DNA of 64,000 nucleotides from Cladosporium halotolerans. Lineage: Eukaryota. Position 1 is the stretch's first letter, and each line of letters opens with the position of its first letter. The notes beneath the pieces are model-generated. The model was not told where the DNA came from. It worked only from the letters and a program-made list of their open reading frames with translations, and did not search any database. This document shows positions 1 to 11,808 of the stretch, piece by piece. The stretch is taken from positions 868,001-932,000 of the forward strand of contig NW_027191455.1 of the NCBI RefSeq assembly GCF_011745625.1. The letters are read 5' to 3'. The translations under genes and the position numbers were made by a program.

Positions 1-27
1 TGCTAGCTCTGACAAACAAAGCGCTCT

Positions 28-1347
28 TTACTTGCTTTCCGCAGCAAGTGCTTTGCAGCCATCGACAATGTCCCTCTTCAGATCCTCCCAGTTCTCAATA
101 CCGACGCTGACCCGCACCAACGTATCCGCAACCGTGTTGTCGCTCATTCTTCTCCACTCGATCAAACTCTCCACACCACCCAAGCTAGTAGCATGGTGAA
201 ACAGATGCAACTTGCTCGGCAGCCTCTTCGCATACTCGCCCGTCTTCAAGTGCATCGCAAACACCGGCCCAAACCCGTTCGGCATCTGCTCCTTCAGCCA
301 TCCGATCTTCCCATCCTTTCCACGCGCCATATCCTCCTCCTGCAAACTCGCGTGCTCCACGCTCCCCACCACTGCCCTAACCGCCTTACCATCTTCACTC
401 TCATCCTCTCCCGTCACCGCCCTCTGCAAAAACCACACCAAGCGCCCCGCACTCTCACTCTGCCTCAGCACCCTCAGCTCCAGCGTCCGCAGACTCCGCA
501 CCCCCAACCACCCCTCCATACTCCCCATCACCGCGCCCAAATGCAGCCTCTCGCCAAACATCGTCCAGTAATCCTTCTCCCACCCCTCCCGCGCCTTGCT
601 AATCCCCACAACACCACACAGCATATCCGAGTGGCCGCCAAAATACTTCGTCCCCGAATGCATCACGAAGTCCGCCCCCAGCCTCAACGGATCCTGCAGC
701 GGCGGCGGCGCAAACGTCGCGTCGACCGTCAGCGCCGCGCCGCGCGCGCGCGCCTTCGCCGCAAAGTACCGGATATCGTACGCCCGGCCCGTCGGGTTCA
801 CGGGCGTCTCGACGTGCACGACGTCTCCCGCGCCCAGGCTCCAGCCCTCGGCGCCGTTGTCCCAGCTGCTTTCGTCGAAGAGGTCGACGATCTTGCACTT
901 GGTCAGTTTCTGGTAGATCTGCAGCACGCCGTGGCAGCCGTGGTAGCCGGCGCCGATGGCGACGACGCGCGGGTTGAGGTAGACGAGGAGGGCGTGGAAG
1001 GCGGCGAGGCCGGAGGCGTAGGTTAGGCAGGGCGCGCCGAGGAGTTGCGCGAGGATGGACTCGAGGCGGGTGGTGTTGGGCGCTGTGAGGCGGGAGTAGA
1101 TGTGGGAGTCGGCGGGGGCGGGGGCGGCGGGGTCGCGGGCGGGGATGTCGAGGTCGTCGGTGGGGTGGAGTTTGGAGGGGTCGGAGGGGTAGCGGAAGGT
1201 GGTGGAGACGTGGAGGGCGGGGGCGACGTCGGTGGAGGCGTTGACGGGGTCGTCGCCGTGGATCGCGAGGGTGGCGAGGGAGTAGGGGGTGGAGGTGGAG
1301 GGGGGCTGTCGGGAGGGGATGTTGGGGTTGGTTGTTGGGTCGGCCAT
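28..1347 (-). CDS. Cys/Met metabolism PLP-dependent enzyme (cystathionine gamma-synthase/lyase family, YHR112C-like)
   Basis: Intronless 439-aa ORF. Motifs YSRLTAPN, ETPVNP, VDATFAPP, HSGTKYFGGHSD (PLP lysine), ATSLGGVESL and RVSVGIE. Confidence 0.93.
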   Translation of the reverse strand: MADPTTNPNIPSRQPPSTSTPYSLATLAIHGDDPVNASTDVAPALHVSTTFRYPSDPSKLHPTDDLDIPARDPAAPAPADSHIYSRLTAPNTTRLESILAQLLGAPCLTYASGLAAFHALLVYLNPRVVAIGAGYHGCHGVLQIYQKLTKCKIVDLFDESSWDNGAEGWSLGAGDVVHVETPVNPTGRAYDIRYFAAKARARGAALTVDATFAPPPLQDPLRLGADFVMHSGTKYFGGHSDMLCGVVGISKAREGWEKDYWTMFGERLHLGAVMGSMEGWLGVRSLRTLELRVLRQSESAGRLVWFLQRAVTGEDESEDGKAVRAVVGSVEHASLQEEDMARGKDGKIGWLKEQMPNGFGPVFAMHLKTGEYAKRLPSKLHLFHHATSLGGVESLIEWRRMSDNTVADTLVRVSVGIENWEDLKRDIVDGCKALAAESK

Positions 1348-1801
1348 TGTGTTGGATGTCTAGTTCTGGCTAAAGGAAATGATACAAGCTGGGTATGAGC
1401 GTCTATATGTAAGGAGAAAATGCAGTCTTCCGAACCAAAGAAATGCCAGAAAGTCAATGGCGAGTGAGTAACGGGAAAATGTAGAGTGAGGTAATAATCA
1501 GGACAGCACGCAAGCCGACCCCGCCAAAGTCAAGGTGGGGCCCAAACGCCGATATCCGATAAGACAGTCCATCAACAAACGCCTTGCGAGCATGCGGAAC
1601 GCTGATGCTTTGCCTAATCCAGTTGAGAATGGCGAGCCGTTTTGAACTCCTGCTCGAATGTCTTGTACAAAATGTGCTTGCTCGCTGTCATACGCCCTAC
1701 AAATGTCAATAGAGGGCGCGTTTTCACGGATGGGGCTTTCTAGGCGCTAGGCCGAAAGTAGCAGGCCACTGCGAGCAGCATTCACCACCTCTGCCGCTCG
1801 C

Positions 1802-4800
1802 TCAGATGCGTCTCTTCAACGTAATCATACGCCCTACAGTTGTCGCTGCGGGCAGGGCTTTGGCGAAATGGTCGCGGGCTGTGTGTCATGTCAGTGTCTG
1901 TTCAAGATCTCGAAGCGATCATGCAGAGAAACATACCTTCTTCCGAGTCAAAGCCCACAGTAATGTCATCGTGCTCCTGTGCATAATCGAGTCCTTCAAG
2001 GTTGACGAAGCGTCTCCTCGCCTTTTCCTCCACGCTGGGCTCGTCGCCCTTGGAGATCGCAGCCGGCAGCGAGAACTTCGCATCCACCATCTTCACCGCC
2101 CACTTCTTGTTCTTCCCATCGCCCTTGACGGTCTCAAAAACGTCCGTCGACTTGATCTGGAAGCAAAGCATCTCCGCGTGTGCGAAGTCTTCCATGAAAG
2201 CCAGAAGTTGGGTAACGGTGTTCTGCGCGTTAGCAACGATCTGCAGGCGAACATTGGTCGCGGTCCACTTGTGGTAGATTGGGACGACCATCCTCCGGCG
2301 TGAGATGGCGAGGGCGCTCGCGAGCCCGTCGTAGCGGACCGTGAAGCCCGTGATGGCGGTCTGGAAGGCGTGCAAGTCGTTTGGCGTGGCGAAGGTGAAA
2401 GTGCGGACCGTGGGCATCCTCTGCGCGACGTTGTAGACGTCGGTTTCGGCGTCCGCGACGTTGTGGGGCGTGTTCCGCGTGTCAATAGACATTGTCAAGT
2501 CTATCTGCGGTTGGCGGAGGATTTGCACGGCTGGGGTCTCTGTGCAAGGAAGACGGAAGAGGAGCTCGCCTTTGTCTAGATTGAGGCGGTCGGTGATGCA
2601 TCCGTGGTCGTGTCTTGCGATGATACGCAGATTCTCTGACTCGATGGTGCTCGGGAGACGCGACACTGTATCCTCGGTGAAAGTATTCGTGACTCCCAGC
2701 CTTTGCCACTGCATACCAGATAGCTCGCCTTGTCCAGGAGACGATCCATTCAGAGCATCGGCCATGGCCACGATGCTCAGACCGGTCAAGGCCATCTTGC
2801 CAACGATAGTCTCGTCCTGCCTCACATCTATTCCGTTCAGAGTATTGTGAAAGGTCTGTCGGCTCTCCATGTCTTCGAATACAAGCAGCATGCGGCACTG
2901 TTTGCGTTCCTCTCGTGTCCTGATGACCATAGCTGTCGTCCCATGAGCCGCAGCGTCCGTGATGAACTCGAAGAACAAGGGAGTCCCAACACAAAGCTCC
3001 TGGCTAAAGTTGTTCAGAGACTTGTGTCCAGACTCAGTGGCAACAGCGAGGCGGAACCCCCGGTGCTTTCTACGCACAGTGCCGCCATGCTGAGTCTCCT
3101 CAAGTCGTTCCCAGACCAGCGCACGACAATGCTTCACTTTGTCCTGCGGGAATGCATTAGGGTTCGAGGAATCCGCGTACTGCACTTCCACAAGCTTGAC
3201 CTCGTGAACCTGCACCTCGCCCCTATCAGGGCGCATGCTATGATCGATCCGACGCGAATACTCGACGAGGTTCCACAGTGAGCGGAAATCTTGTTCGAAG
3301 AAGCGCACCGTCACGTGGATGCCTCTGGGCAGGCTCACGGAAACGGCAAGTGAGCTGGCCTTCCACGATACGTCTCCCCAAGTCAGATGGCTGATGTTGC
3401 TTTGTCTAGGGGCAATTTTGAGATAGACGAGCTCATTTTGGCTTGCGATGACCACCGTACTCTGGTAGTCGCGTTTGCCTCGTAGGACTGTCAAAGTACA
3501 AGGAATCGATACGCGGTCCGTGTTCACGTCGTCGGTATTGAGGGATAGGTTGACCGTGGATCGGGTGTAATAGTGAAAATCTGCCGAATCACCAAGTGGC
3601 AGTGCTTCAGAAGGTGAAGCACTGCGCCCAGGCGAGTCGACTATCAAAGACCGTTGATCATCGGCTCCACCAAGGACGGCCGCGGCGTCCGGTGTGAATC
3701 GAGGATACTCCAGCCATATCTGAGTGTCTTGTCCTTGAATAAGCGACTGCGGTGGCGGCATGATATTGTTGCGCTGCATCGAATAGCTGAGCGACGTAAG
3801 ATGGTCCTTGAGAGTTTTATAGTCCTGCCTTAGCAATGTCTCCGCCGCGGACGGATTGCGCGCATCCGGCGGAGTTGCCTCGTCGTATCTCTCTAGAGGA
3901 TCAGTGAGCATCCAGGAAGTCTTCGCAAGGTCGACGTGCGGCTGCAACAATAATTCGCGGTGCTCAGTTTCCCTTGATCTGGCCCGTTGCTGGAGCGCTG
4001 ACTCGAGACCGATCTTGCCTCTAAGGTACCACCAATACGCAGCTCGCAGCCACATGGGTGGCGTACACCTCTCAGCTGGCTGTTCCTTCTCCGCAGTCAG
4101 TCTGAAGACGCCTTTCATGTGTGCTACGCGGCCTGCGAAATCTTCAAACGCAGCTTCCGCGGCTACATGACTGGAAGATGGAGTTTGAGCTGGTGGGGTC
4201 GGTCGGATGAAGGAGTTATTAGAGTGAGCAGAGCCAGGTCGAGAAGGCTCAGGGGGAACGAGGCTACCAGCTCGAGATCTTGACGACTGCGTCGGCGGCT
4301 GCCGCTGCACGTTGAAGTAGTCGTTCGGGCTTGGCCCACGCGCATAAGGCGACACCATAGGGACGCCAAGCTGAGATTGCGAGGAGCCGCTGTGTGCAGA
4401 GTCGTTGGGGTGGGCGGTCAGGTGAGTTGCGGTCTTGGTGGGAGCCACGGCCTGCGGCGGAGAAGATGGCGAGGTCGTTCTTGAAGGTGTCAAGTGCGGT
4501 GGTGGGGGTGGCCCCATGTCAACTGATCCCCTCTGCATGGGCTGGGGAACTATTCGATCATAGGAATGGTTGCGTGAATGTCCTCCTGTCGGCGGCGCAA
4601 ACCTGTTCAAGCTGACATTAGATCCGTTAGGTTCTCCCGCACCGCCGATTGCTGTTGGATAGCCATTGGCGTATCGAAGAGCCGATCACGGAGTGGAGAT
4701 GGGTCACGGCTGTCAGTTGCACCGCGTGATTCAGCCACCGCACGAGACGCTGGCAAAGGCCTAGCAGTGGATGGTGATAAATTCTCGCTGTCTGCCGAAT

Positions 4801-6295
4801 ATGGTGCCCTCATGTAGCTGGGTTGCTCGAGTGAATGACCGGAGCGCTGCGGCTCATCCGAATGCCACGCTGTATTGTGACTTTGGGGTGCTTGTCTGGG
4901 CCCTTGTGGAGCGGTATAGCTCGTCTTGTTGTCCTGAGGCCTTGTTATCGCGGTTGCGTCTTCGAGTGGTGCTGAAACCGTGACTCTCTCGGCTTGGTCG
5001 GGTTCGAGGTAATTTTGACTTGGCTCGCGAAGTCTCTGTATCACAGATTCCACACTGCTTTTCTCTTCCATTTTCAGTGGCCTCGAAGGAGATGCTTCTC
5101 TTGAACGCGAGTTGAGATACTTCGGATCGGCGAACGGAGACTTCGCACCTTGCCTAGGTGCCGATATCAGAGGAACCTGCTGAACCTGACTTTGTGCGGA
5201 ATCAACAGGCACCTCCCTTGAATGCCGCTTGATGTACTTAACATCGGCAAAGGGAGATGGGCTGTCAAGTGATGTATCCGACTTCGGGGAAGGAAAATCT
5301 ACAGATGGTAATGTAGGCTCAAGGTTTAAAGCATTTACTGGGGGGGTTGCCGCGGCTTCAGCGCGATCAGTCGCTGTCGCAGCGGCGTGGACACCAAGGG
5401 CAAGATCGTCGCTATCCTGAAAATCGAAAGGCTCAATCATTGCGCTAGCTCTTCGTAGTGCCATGCCCTCGCCTTCCCTCATGTCGTGTTGTTTTTTTGC
5501 GACCAGAGTGTGAGGATCTCGAGGGGTTGGCGAAACCCTCAATTGGCCGGTCGCGCCTGGATTCTGCGGTTGCGGATCAAGTGTAGAAGTCATCATTTGT
5601 GGTAACGACGGCAATGCTGGGGGACTGTCGCTGTCACTTATGGGGCTCCAAGCCTCATCTTCATGGCTAAATCCTGTAGGCGCCCGGCTTATTCCTATCC
5701 TTGGAGGCGGCGGCTCTTGTTCGTTTACGCCGAAGCGATTGTGGTCCGAAGATGGCGGCAAGGCGCTCTGTGGGGATGTAGTTGTCCCTACTATCGGCGG
5801 CAGCCTGGGTGCATCTGACGATTGCTGTGTCGGCATAGGCGGTCTACCTCCTGGGATAACCGAGCGGTTCGACGCAGCACTCGACTTCCGCGCAGCGACG
5901 TCGCTCGGCGGATCCATCGTCTCATCTCCTCCGCGTCCAATGATCTCCGGCACCGTCTTCGCAAACCCCACCGTCAATCCTTCCTTTCTCCTCCTTTTCC
6001 TCCACCCGTTGACATTGTGCGAGTCGTCCGGGGGCAACGCACCCGCTTGCCGCACATCGTTCGGATCCGGCCAGCGCTGTGCGATCGAGACGTCGAGCCT
6101 GGGCTTATTGGCAGCAGCCCGGTCGACAGAAGGCTTCAGGAAGGCGTCGACGTCCTCCTGCGAGTTCGCGTGCTTGTTCTTCTTGCCGGTGACGGCGTCC
6201 GCAACCCCCTTCACATCGTCCGAGTGCTTTAGGATTTTTCCCCACTTGCTCTTGAATCGCGACCGGCCGCTCCCTTTGCTGTCATCCTCGGCCAT
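1802..6295 (-). CDS. Large (~1,450-1,500 aa) conserved fungal protein: Pro/Ser-rich N-terminal half plus C-terminal globular (probably PH-like) domains; frame discontinuity near 4605-4690
   Basis: ORF 4607-6295 (ATG start) overlaps ORF 1902-4610, which opens at TTG rather than ATG. Terminal intron 1879-1936 (GTATGT..CTGAC..CAG) gives C-terminus ARDHFAKALPAATTVGRMITLKRRI*. Domain identity is from recall, not a search. Confidence 0.7.
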
Positions 6296-7336
6296 GCTCG
6301 TCCACGTGCGGGACGGTCGCGGTCAGTCAGCGCACCTCAGCTGAGCGCGTCGGGGATTGGGGAAGTCTGCAGCTTTCACAGGGTCACGCGAGGCAGGGGC
6401 GGCGTGCGTTCCACGGGCGTTTGTCGTGGGATGTTGGAATTCGCAAGGCGGGCTCAGCGCCTTCGTGCAGGCGCTGGATGCTCGCTCCGGGCCTTCACAG
6501 GTGCATGGGCGGGCGGCGTGCGTGTCCGTGAAACACGTCGGATGCAGCCGTTCGCATGCTAAAGCCGCCGATTAGGGTTTGGGGAGGGTCCAGGGTGAAA
6601 CGCTGGGTCTGACGCGGGGTGCGGTGTGTGGATGGTGGGGGAGAGCGGCGGATTTGAGGAAACAGCTGTCTTCAGGCTACGGCGGAGACGCGCCCGAAAT
6701 AGCACCTGCGACCCGTATTGGTGATTTCGGCCTTCGTATTTGCGGAGAGTGTGCCATATCGCCTATGATGGCATCGGCATGTTGCTGCAGGCTATGTTAG
6801 GAGCGTGATCGACGTTTACACACAAACCGGTCAAGCTCTCCAGCCCAGCATGATTTACGTTGAGGCGTGCGTGGACTCGCACCCACCATTGACCAGGGTC
6901 TGACCTCTACTCGAGGATACATGCATGTTATAAACGACTCGAGGATTACCATGAGGACGATAATAGCTCTACATGGCCGCGAAAGCCGTACATCGGTGGA
7001 ACGGCAGAGCATCGAATATTCAGCTGCAGGCGGGTCGCTGGTGGCGGGGGTTGCTCAAGCTCGAGGTTGCGTTTCCCCGTTCACAGCTCAACCATTGCAT
7101 CCATGCCATGTGAATGTTGATATCACGAGTCTAGATGTCTGGCACAGCACGCGATGGAAGACATAAATATCACACGAATCCAAGAACCAATAGTCCGAAA
7201 TGAAAAATCTGCATTAGGCTGCGTGCATTCTAAGGACTCAGTACCAGTCGGCCAGCTATAGGCTCTCAGCACACTTCGCTATCAAATGCAAAGACAAGCA
7301 GCTTTTCTCTCGAATCGTGTCTCGTTCTTTTTGCGC

Positions 7337-8262
7337 TTAAGCCTGGCCGGCAGAGGCGATGGTGGGGACACCCTCGCGGTACTTGATGGCACCGCTGGAG
7401 GAGCCGCAAGCCTCGATGGACTTGACGACGCCAACGGAGGCCTCGTCAGAGACCTGGCCGAAGACGACGTGGCGGCCGTCGAGCCAAGAGGTGACGACGG
7501 TGGTGATGAAGAACTGGGAGCCGTTGCTATGGAGGTGTCAGTAATGATGTCGTTTAAAGTGGGGCCGACGTGGCAGTTCGACATACGTGTTGGGGCCGGC
7601 GTTGGCCATGGAGAGGAGGAAGGGCTTGTTGTGGGTGAGCTTGAAGTTCTCGTCGGCGAACTTCTCGCCGTAGATGGACTTGCCACCGGTGCCCTGTGGC
7701 AGAATGGTCAGTACTCTGACCGCTCGCAGCTGATGGTATAGGATCCGCTCTTACGTTGCCACGGGTGAAGTCACCACCCTGGAGCATGAACTCGGGGATG
7801 ACACGGTGGAACTTGGAGCCGGCGTAGCCGAAGCCCTTCTCGTTGGTGCAGAGGGCACGGAAGTTCTCAACGGTCTTGGGGACGACGTCGTCGAAGAGCT
7901 CGAAGTTGATGCGGCCGCTGCGGGCTGTGAGAGAATGCGAGTCAGCTTTGGGTTCGTTGGCAGACGAGCTTGCATCTCCGGCTCGCGGACGATGCTCGTG
8001 ATGGCTGGGTAGATGGCGCAGTCTGGGCAGACGATGCGGTTGATGAAGGTGATGGTGGGGTGTACTCACGGGCAACGGTGTCGTCCCTGGAGGTGACCTT
8101 GCCGCTCATGTCGGCCTTGAGCTCAGGGCCAGTCCACTGGCAGTCGAAGTAGGTCTTGATAGTCATGGCGGCGGAGGATGCGTGGAAGTTGCGGGTGAAG
8201 GTCTGTTGGAATGGAGTGGTGGTGCGGAGGGAGGATTTGGTGAGAGCAGCTCTGGTGAACAT
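7337..8262 (-). CDS. Cyclophilin-type peptidyl-prolyl cis-trans isomerase with mitochondrial presequence
   Basis: Exons 8262-8070, 7924-7755, 7693-7587, 7526-7337 with canonical introns. Motifs [44 protein letters not shown] and [10 protein letters not shown]. Confidence 0.95.
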
Positions 8263-8995
8263 TTTCAAATGGAGGGGCGAAGGAAAGGTACCCCGCCGTC
8301 TGCCCCACCACATAACAAACGTCAGTTCTCGGGCTTTCCTTGCTGCGTCGGGCCAGCCAGCCAGCTCCGAAGCTGGCCGAAGGTGGCTTGGCGGGCGAGA
8401 GGGCGCGCAGCTGCGTGTGCGCGGTGGTGCTGCATGGCCGGCCTGCAGGAAGCCATTGGGCTGGCCGCCTCGGGCTCGCTGCGGTGCGCACACGGCTGAT
8501 GGCCAGCTGGGACGGGGGAGGGTGTTGGGGACGCCGATGGGATGCAATGGCCGGGTGCGCGGGCGGTACTCACGTGCTATATGCTACAGATGGAAGGTAG
8601 TTTCTGCGCGCAAGGGGCGGTCAGCGAGGGCCGAGCTGGTGGCTATGCCTGCGCGCGCGTGTGCGCTCAGGAGGGAATACGTACATTAATACAATGGACA
8701 ACTGGCGAGTCCGATGGGCAAATCGATGGAAAGACTGGACGTGGCGATGCTGAGGCGTGATATCAAGAGAATCGGGCTCTGCTGCTCTTGAAGCACTGCG
8801 CTGTTCAGGGTCCGGACCACGTACGGCTTCAGCCGCCCTGTCGTCCAGGAGAACGCTCGCTCCAGGCGCCGTGGATTCCCCAAGCTACATCACCATCACC
8901 GACATCACGCCGGCCGCTGGCTCCCGCCTGGCGACGCAGAACGGCTTCGATACTTGTACCTTGCAACAGCTTTACCACTTGGCACAGTCGCAAAC

Positions 8996-10679
8996 ATGGA
9001 TTGGAACGACATCCGCAATCAGATGAGCAATCTCACCGTCTACGACCTCAAGGCCGGGGTTCGTAAGGTGCAGAATGGTAAGTTGGAATGTCTCGCGCGC
9101 TCTAGAGCCGATCCTGATCAAGCAACCAGCCGTCATGAACTACACGGAGATGGAGGCCAAGGTGCGAGAGGCGACCAACAATGAGCCTTGGGGAGCGTCA
9201 TCCAGCATGATGCAAGAAATCGCAAACGGCACACACAACTAGTACGTCCCCGCGCGGCGCAAATGTTATGGTATTCGGCTGACACATGGCAGCCAACTGC
9301 TTAACGAAATCATGCCCATGATCTACAAACGCTTCACCGAGAAGTCCGCAGAGGAATGGCGCCAAATCTACAAAGCCCTCCAGCTCATGGAGTTCCTGGT
9401 CAAGAACGGATCGGAACGAGTGATCGACGACGCCCGCTCGCACTTGTCGCTCCTCAAAATGCTCAGGCAATTCCACTACATCGATCAGAACGGCAAGGAC
9501 CAAGGCATCAACGTGCGCAACCGCAGCAAGGAGCTTACGGATCTTCTGAGTGATGTGGACAAGATTCGCCAGGAGAGAAAGAAGGCAAAGGCGACCAAGC
9601 ACAAGTACGGTGGTGTAGAGGGCGGTGTTGGCTTGGGCGGATCCGGCTTTTCCAGCACCGGGTCCGGCAGATATGGCGGTTTTGGCAGCGAGAGCGCGGC
9701 TGCGTACTCAGGAGGATACGGCGGCTCGACTCGGGGTGTATACGGTGACGGAGGTGGCTTCGGCGGTGAAAGCCACGAGGAATACGATGAGTCGGGTCGC
9801 AGGGGAGGCGCAGAGCGTTTTGACGAGTACGACGAGTATGACGACGGCGGAGCTCAGGCTGCACCCGGCAGAAGGCGGGGAGATGCTTCCTCGTCGAGGC
9901 CCAAGCCCACACCAAAGAAAGCCGAAGCTCCCAAGCCTAAAGAGCCTGAGGTGGATCTGTTCGACTTCGGCGGCGACGAGCCCGCTGCGGCTCCCGCTCC
10001 TGTGATGGCCGCAACCTCCTCAACTGCCGCACTTCAGCCTCCTGCAGCAGCGCCCGCGCCAGCAGATGATGATGATTTCGACGACTTCCAATCTGCTGCT
10101 CCTGCGGCTGCGCCAGCCGCAGCCGCTCCCACTTCTACCATCCCTAAGCCAAACTACTCGTCCTTCAGCATGGCTGCTCCAACAGCGTCCCCGAGCGCTT
10201 CCACTCAGTTCGCGCAGCCGGCGCCCCAGCAAGGGACTCAGAAAGCAGACTTCAGCAACCTCTTCGCCACTCGCTCACCAGCAGGTTCATCAGCTTTCGC
10301 TCCACCTCAGCAGCAACAACAGGCCCAGCAGGGTACTGGCTACCAACCTTCCGGACCGAACTACTTCACATCCGTGCAGACTGCGCCAGCTGCTTCGCCC
10401 GCAGCTAGTACACCGGCCTCAGGTATTACCTCGCCTCAGATTGGCGCGCAGCCCGCGAAGAAACCAGCTGGTGGTGACGCCTTTGCCAGCCTGCTCTCTG
10501 GATCTGGCATGAAGAAGAGCGCCACGCCCGCCAAGGGCTTGACGATGGCAGATATGGCGAAGCAGAAGAGTCAAGCCGGCCTTTACGGTGCCAACGCTGC
10601 TCCGGCGGGTAACTCAGCGCCCGCCAACGGCAGCGCGAAGCCCAAGACCGGAAGCGCGATGGATGACTTGCTGGGTTGA
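8996..10679 (+). CDS. ENT3: Epsin-like ENTH-domain protein (Ent3 type)
   Basis: Introns 9078-9129 and 9242-9292. ENTH motifs YTEMEAKVREATNNEPWG, EWRQIYKAL and DQGINVR. DLFDF/DDFDDF motifs and DDLLG C-terminus. Confidence 0.9.
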
Positions 10680-11026
10680 AAGTGTACTCTTACATGCGAG
10701 GCGTTAGGGCTTGTTAGAACCCAAAACATCTGGAGCATATTAGAAATTTAAGCACATCCCTTTTCCGAAATTACGCGGTGGCTCTCAGAGTGAGGTCTTG
10801 ATGTCTCGTGTGGAATATCACGTGAGAGCGCTGAGCTCGGACCAACCTAAAGCGCGGACGTTCCCGCGACCGCGAGTCTTGGCTAAGCCAGGCACGACCC
10901 GCACACGAAATTGACGAAGCGGGCAGCGCGGCAGTACGACTTCGAACTTTCTGCGACGACCTCCTACGACGGCGACGAAGCCCCCGAAAACGATCCTCCG
11001 ATACCACCAACCGCCGATCAGACAAA

Positions 11027-11808
11027 ATGGGTAACGCGTAAGCCTCTCTCTGAGCCGCTCGCAGCAGCGCGACGAACCACGCCCCGGGATTTGAAGAGAA
11101 CGGAAATGCTGATGGGATATCTTCTTACAGACGTGGTGGTGTTTCCGGCACCAAGCTGAAGATGACTCTGGGTCTGCCTGTGTACGTTCCGCCCACGATA
11201 TCAACCGCCCCGAGAGAAAGATAGGATGGACGACGCGAGGAGGAGCGAGCCGATTGCGATGGGGGGGCTTTTCGAGGATTGAAGGAAATATCGCAAAGCA
11301 AGGAACATGTCTGACAAATGTGCTACAGCGGTGCGGTCATGAACTGCTGCGACAACTCCGGCGCCCGTAACCTCTACATCATCTCCGTTAAGGGCATTGG
11401 TGCGCGCCTCAACCGTCTCCCGGCCGCCGGTGCCGGTGACATGGTCATGGCCACCGTCAAGAAGGGAAAGCCTGAGCTCAGGAAGAAGGTCATGCCCGCC
11501 GTCGTCGTCCGCCAGAGCAAGCCCTGGAGGAGAGCGGACGGTATCTACCTTTACTTCGAGGACAACGCTGGTGTGGTGAGTAGCGCTTGGAAATTGTTGA
11601 CTTGCGACAGGGTGAGCAACAATGCTGACTGAATGTGCGCAGATCGTCAACCCCAAGGGTGAGATGAAGGGTTCTGCCATTACTGGCCCCGTCGCCAAGG
11701 AGGCTGCTGAGCTTTGGCCCGTAAGCTATCATTCTTATCTCCAATCGGGTGCGCAAATGCTGACATGCTATCTAGCGTATTGCCTCCAACTCCGGTGTTG
11801 TCATGTAA
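11027..11808 (+). CDS. RPL23: 60S ribosomal protein L23 (uL14)
   Basis: Five exons (11027-11037, 11131-11181, 11329-~11575, ~11643-11720, ~11776-11808). Spliced product reads [36 protein letters not shown]...[28 protein letters not shown]. Confidence 0.95.

Noticed and set aside
11182..11328. Intronic snoRNA or stwintron in the long RPL23 intron (cyclophilin intron 1 and the PTH2 intron were also checked)
   Set aside because: No proper C box or nested splice-site set was found.
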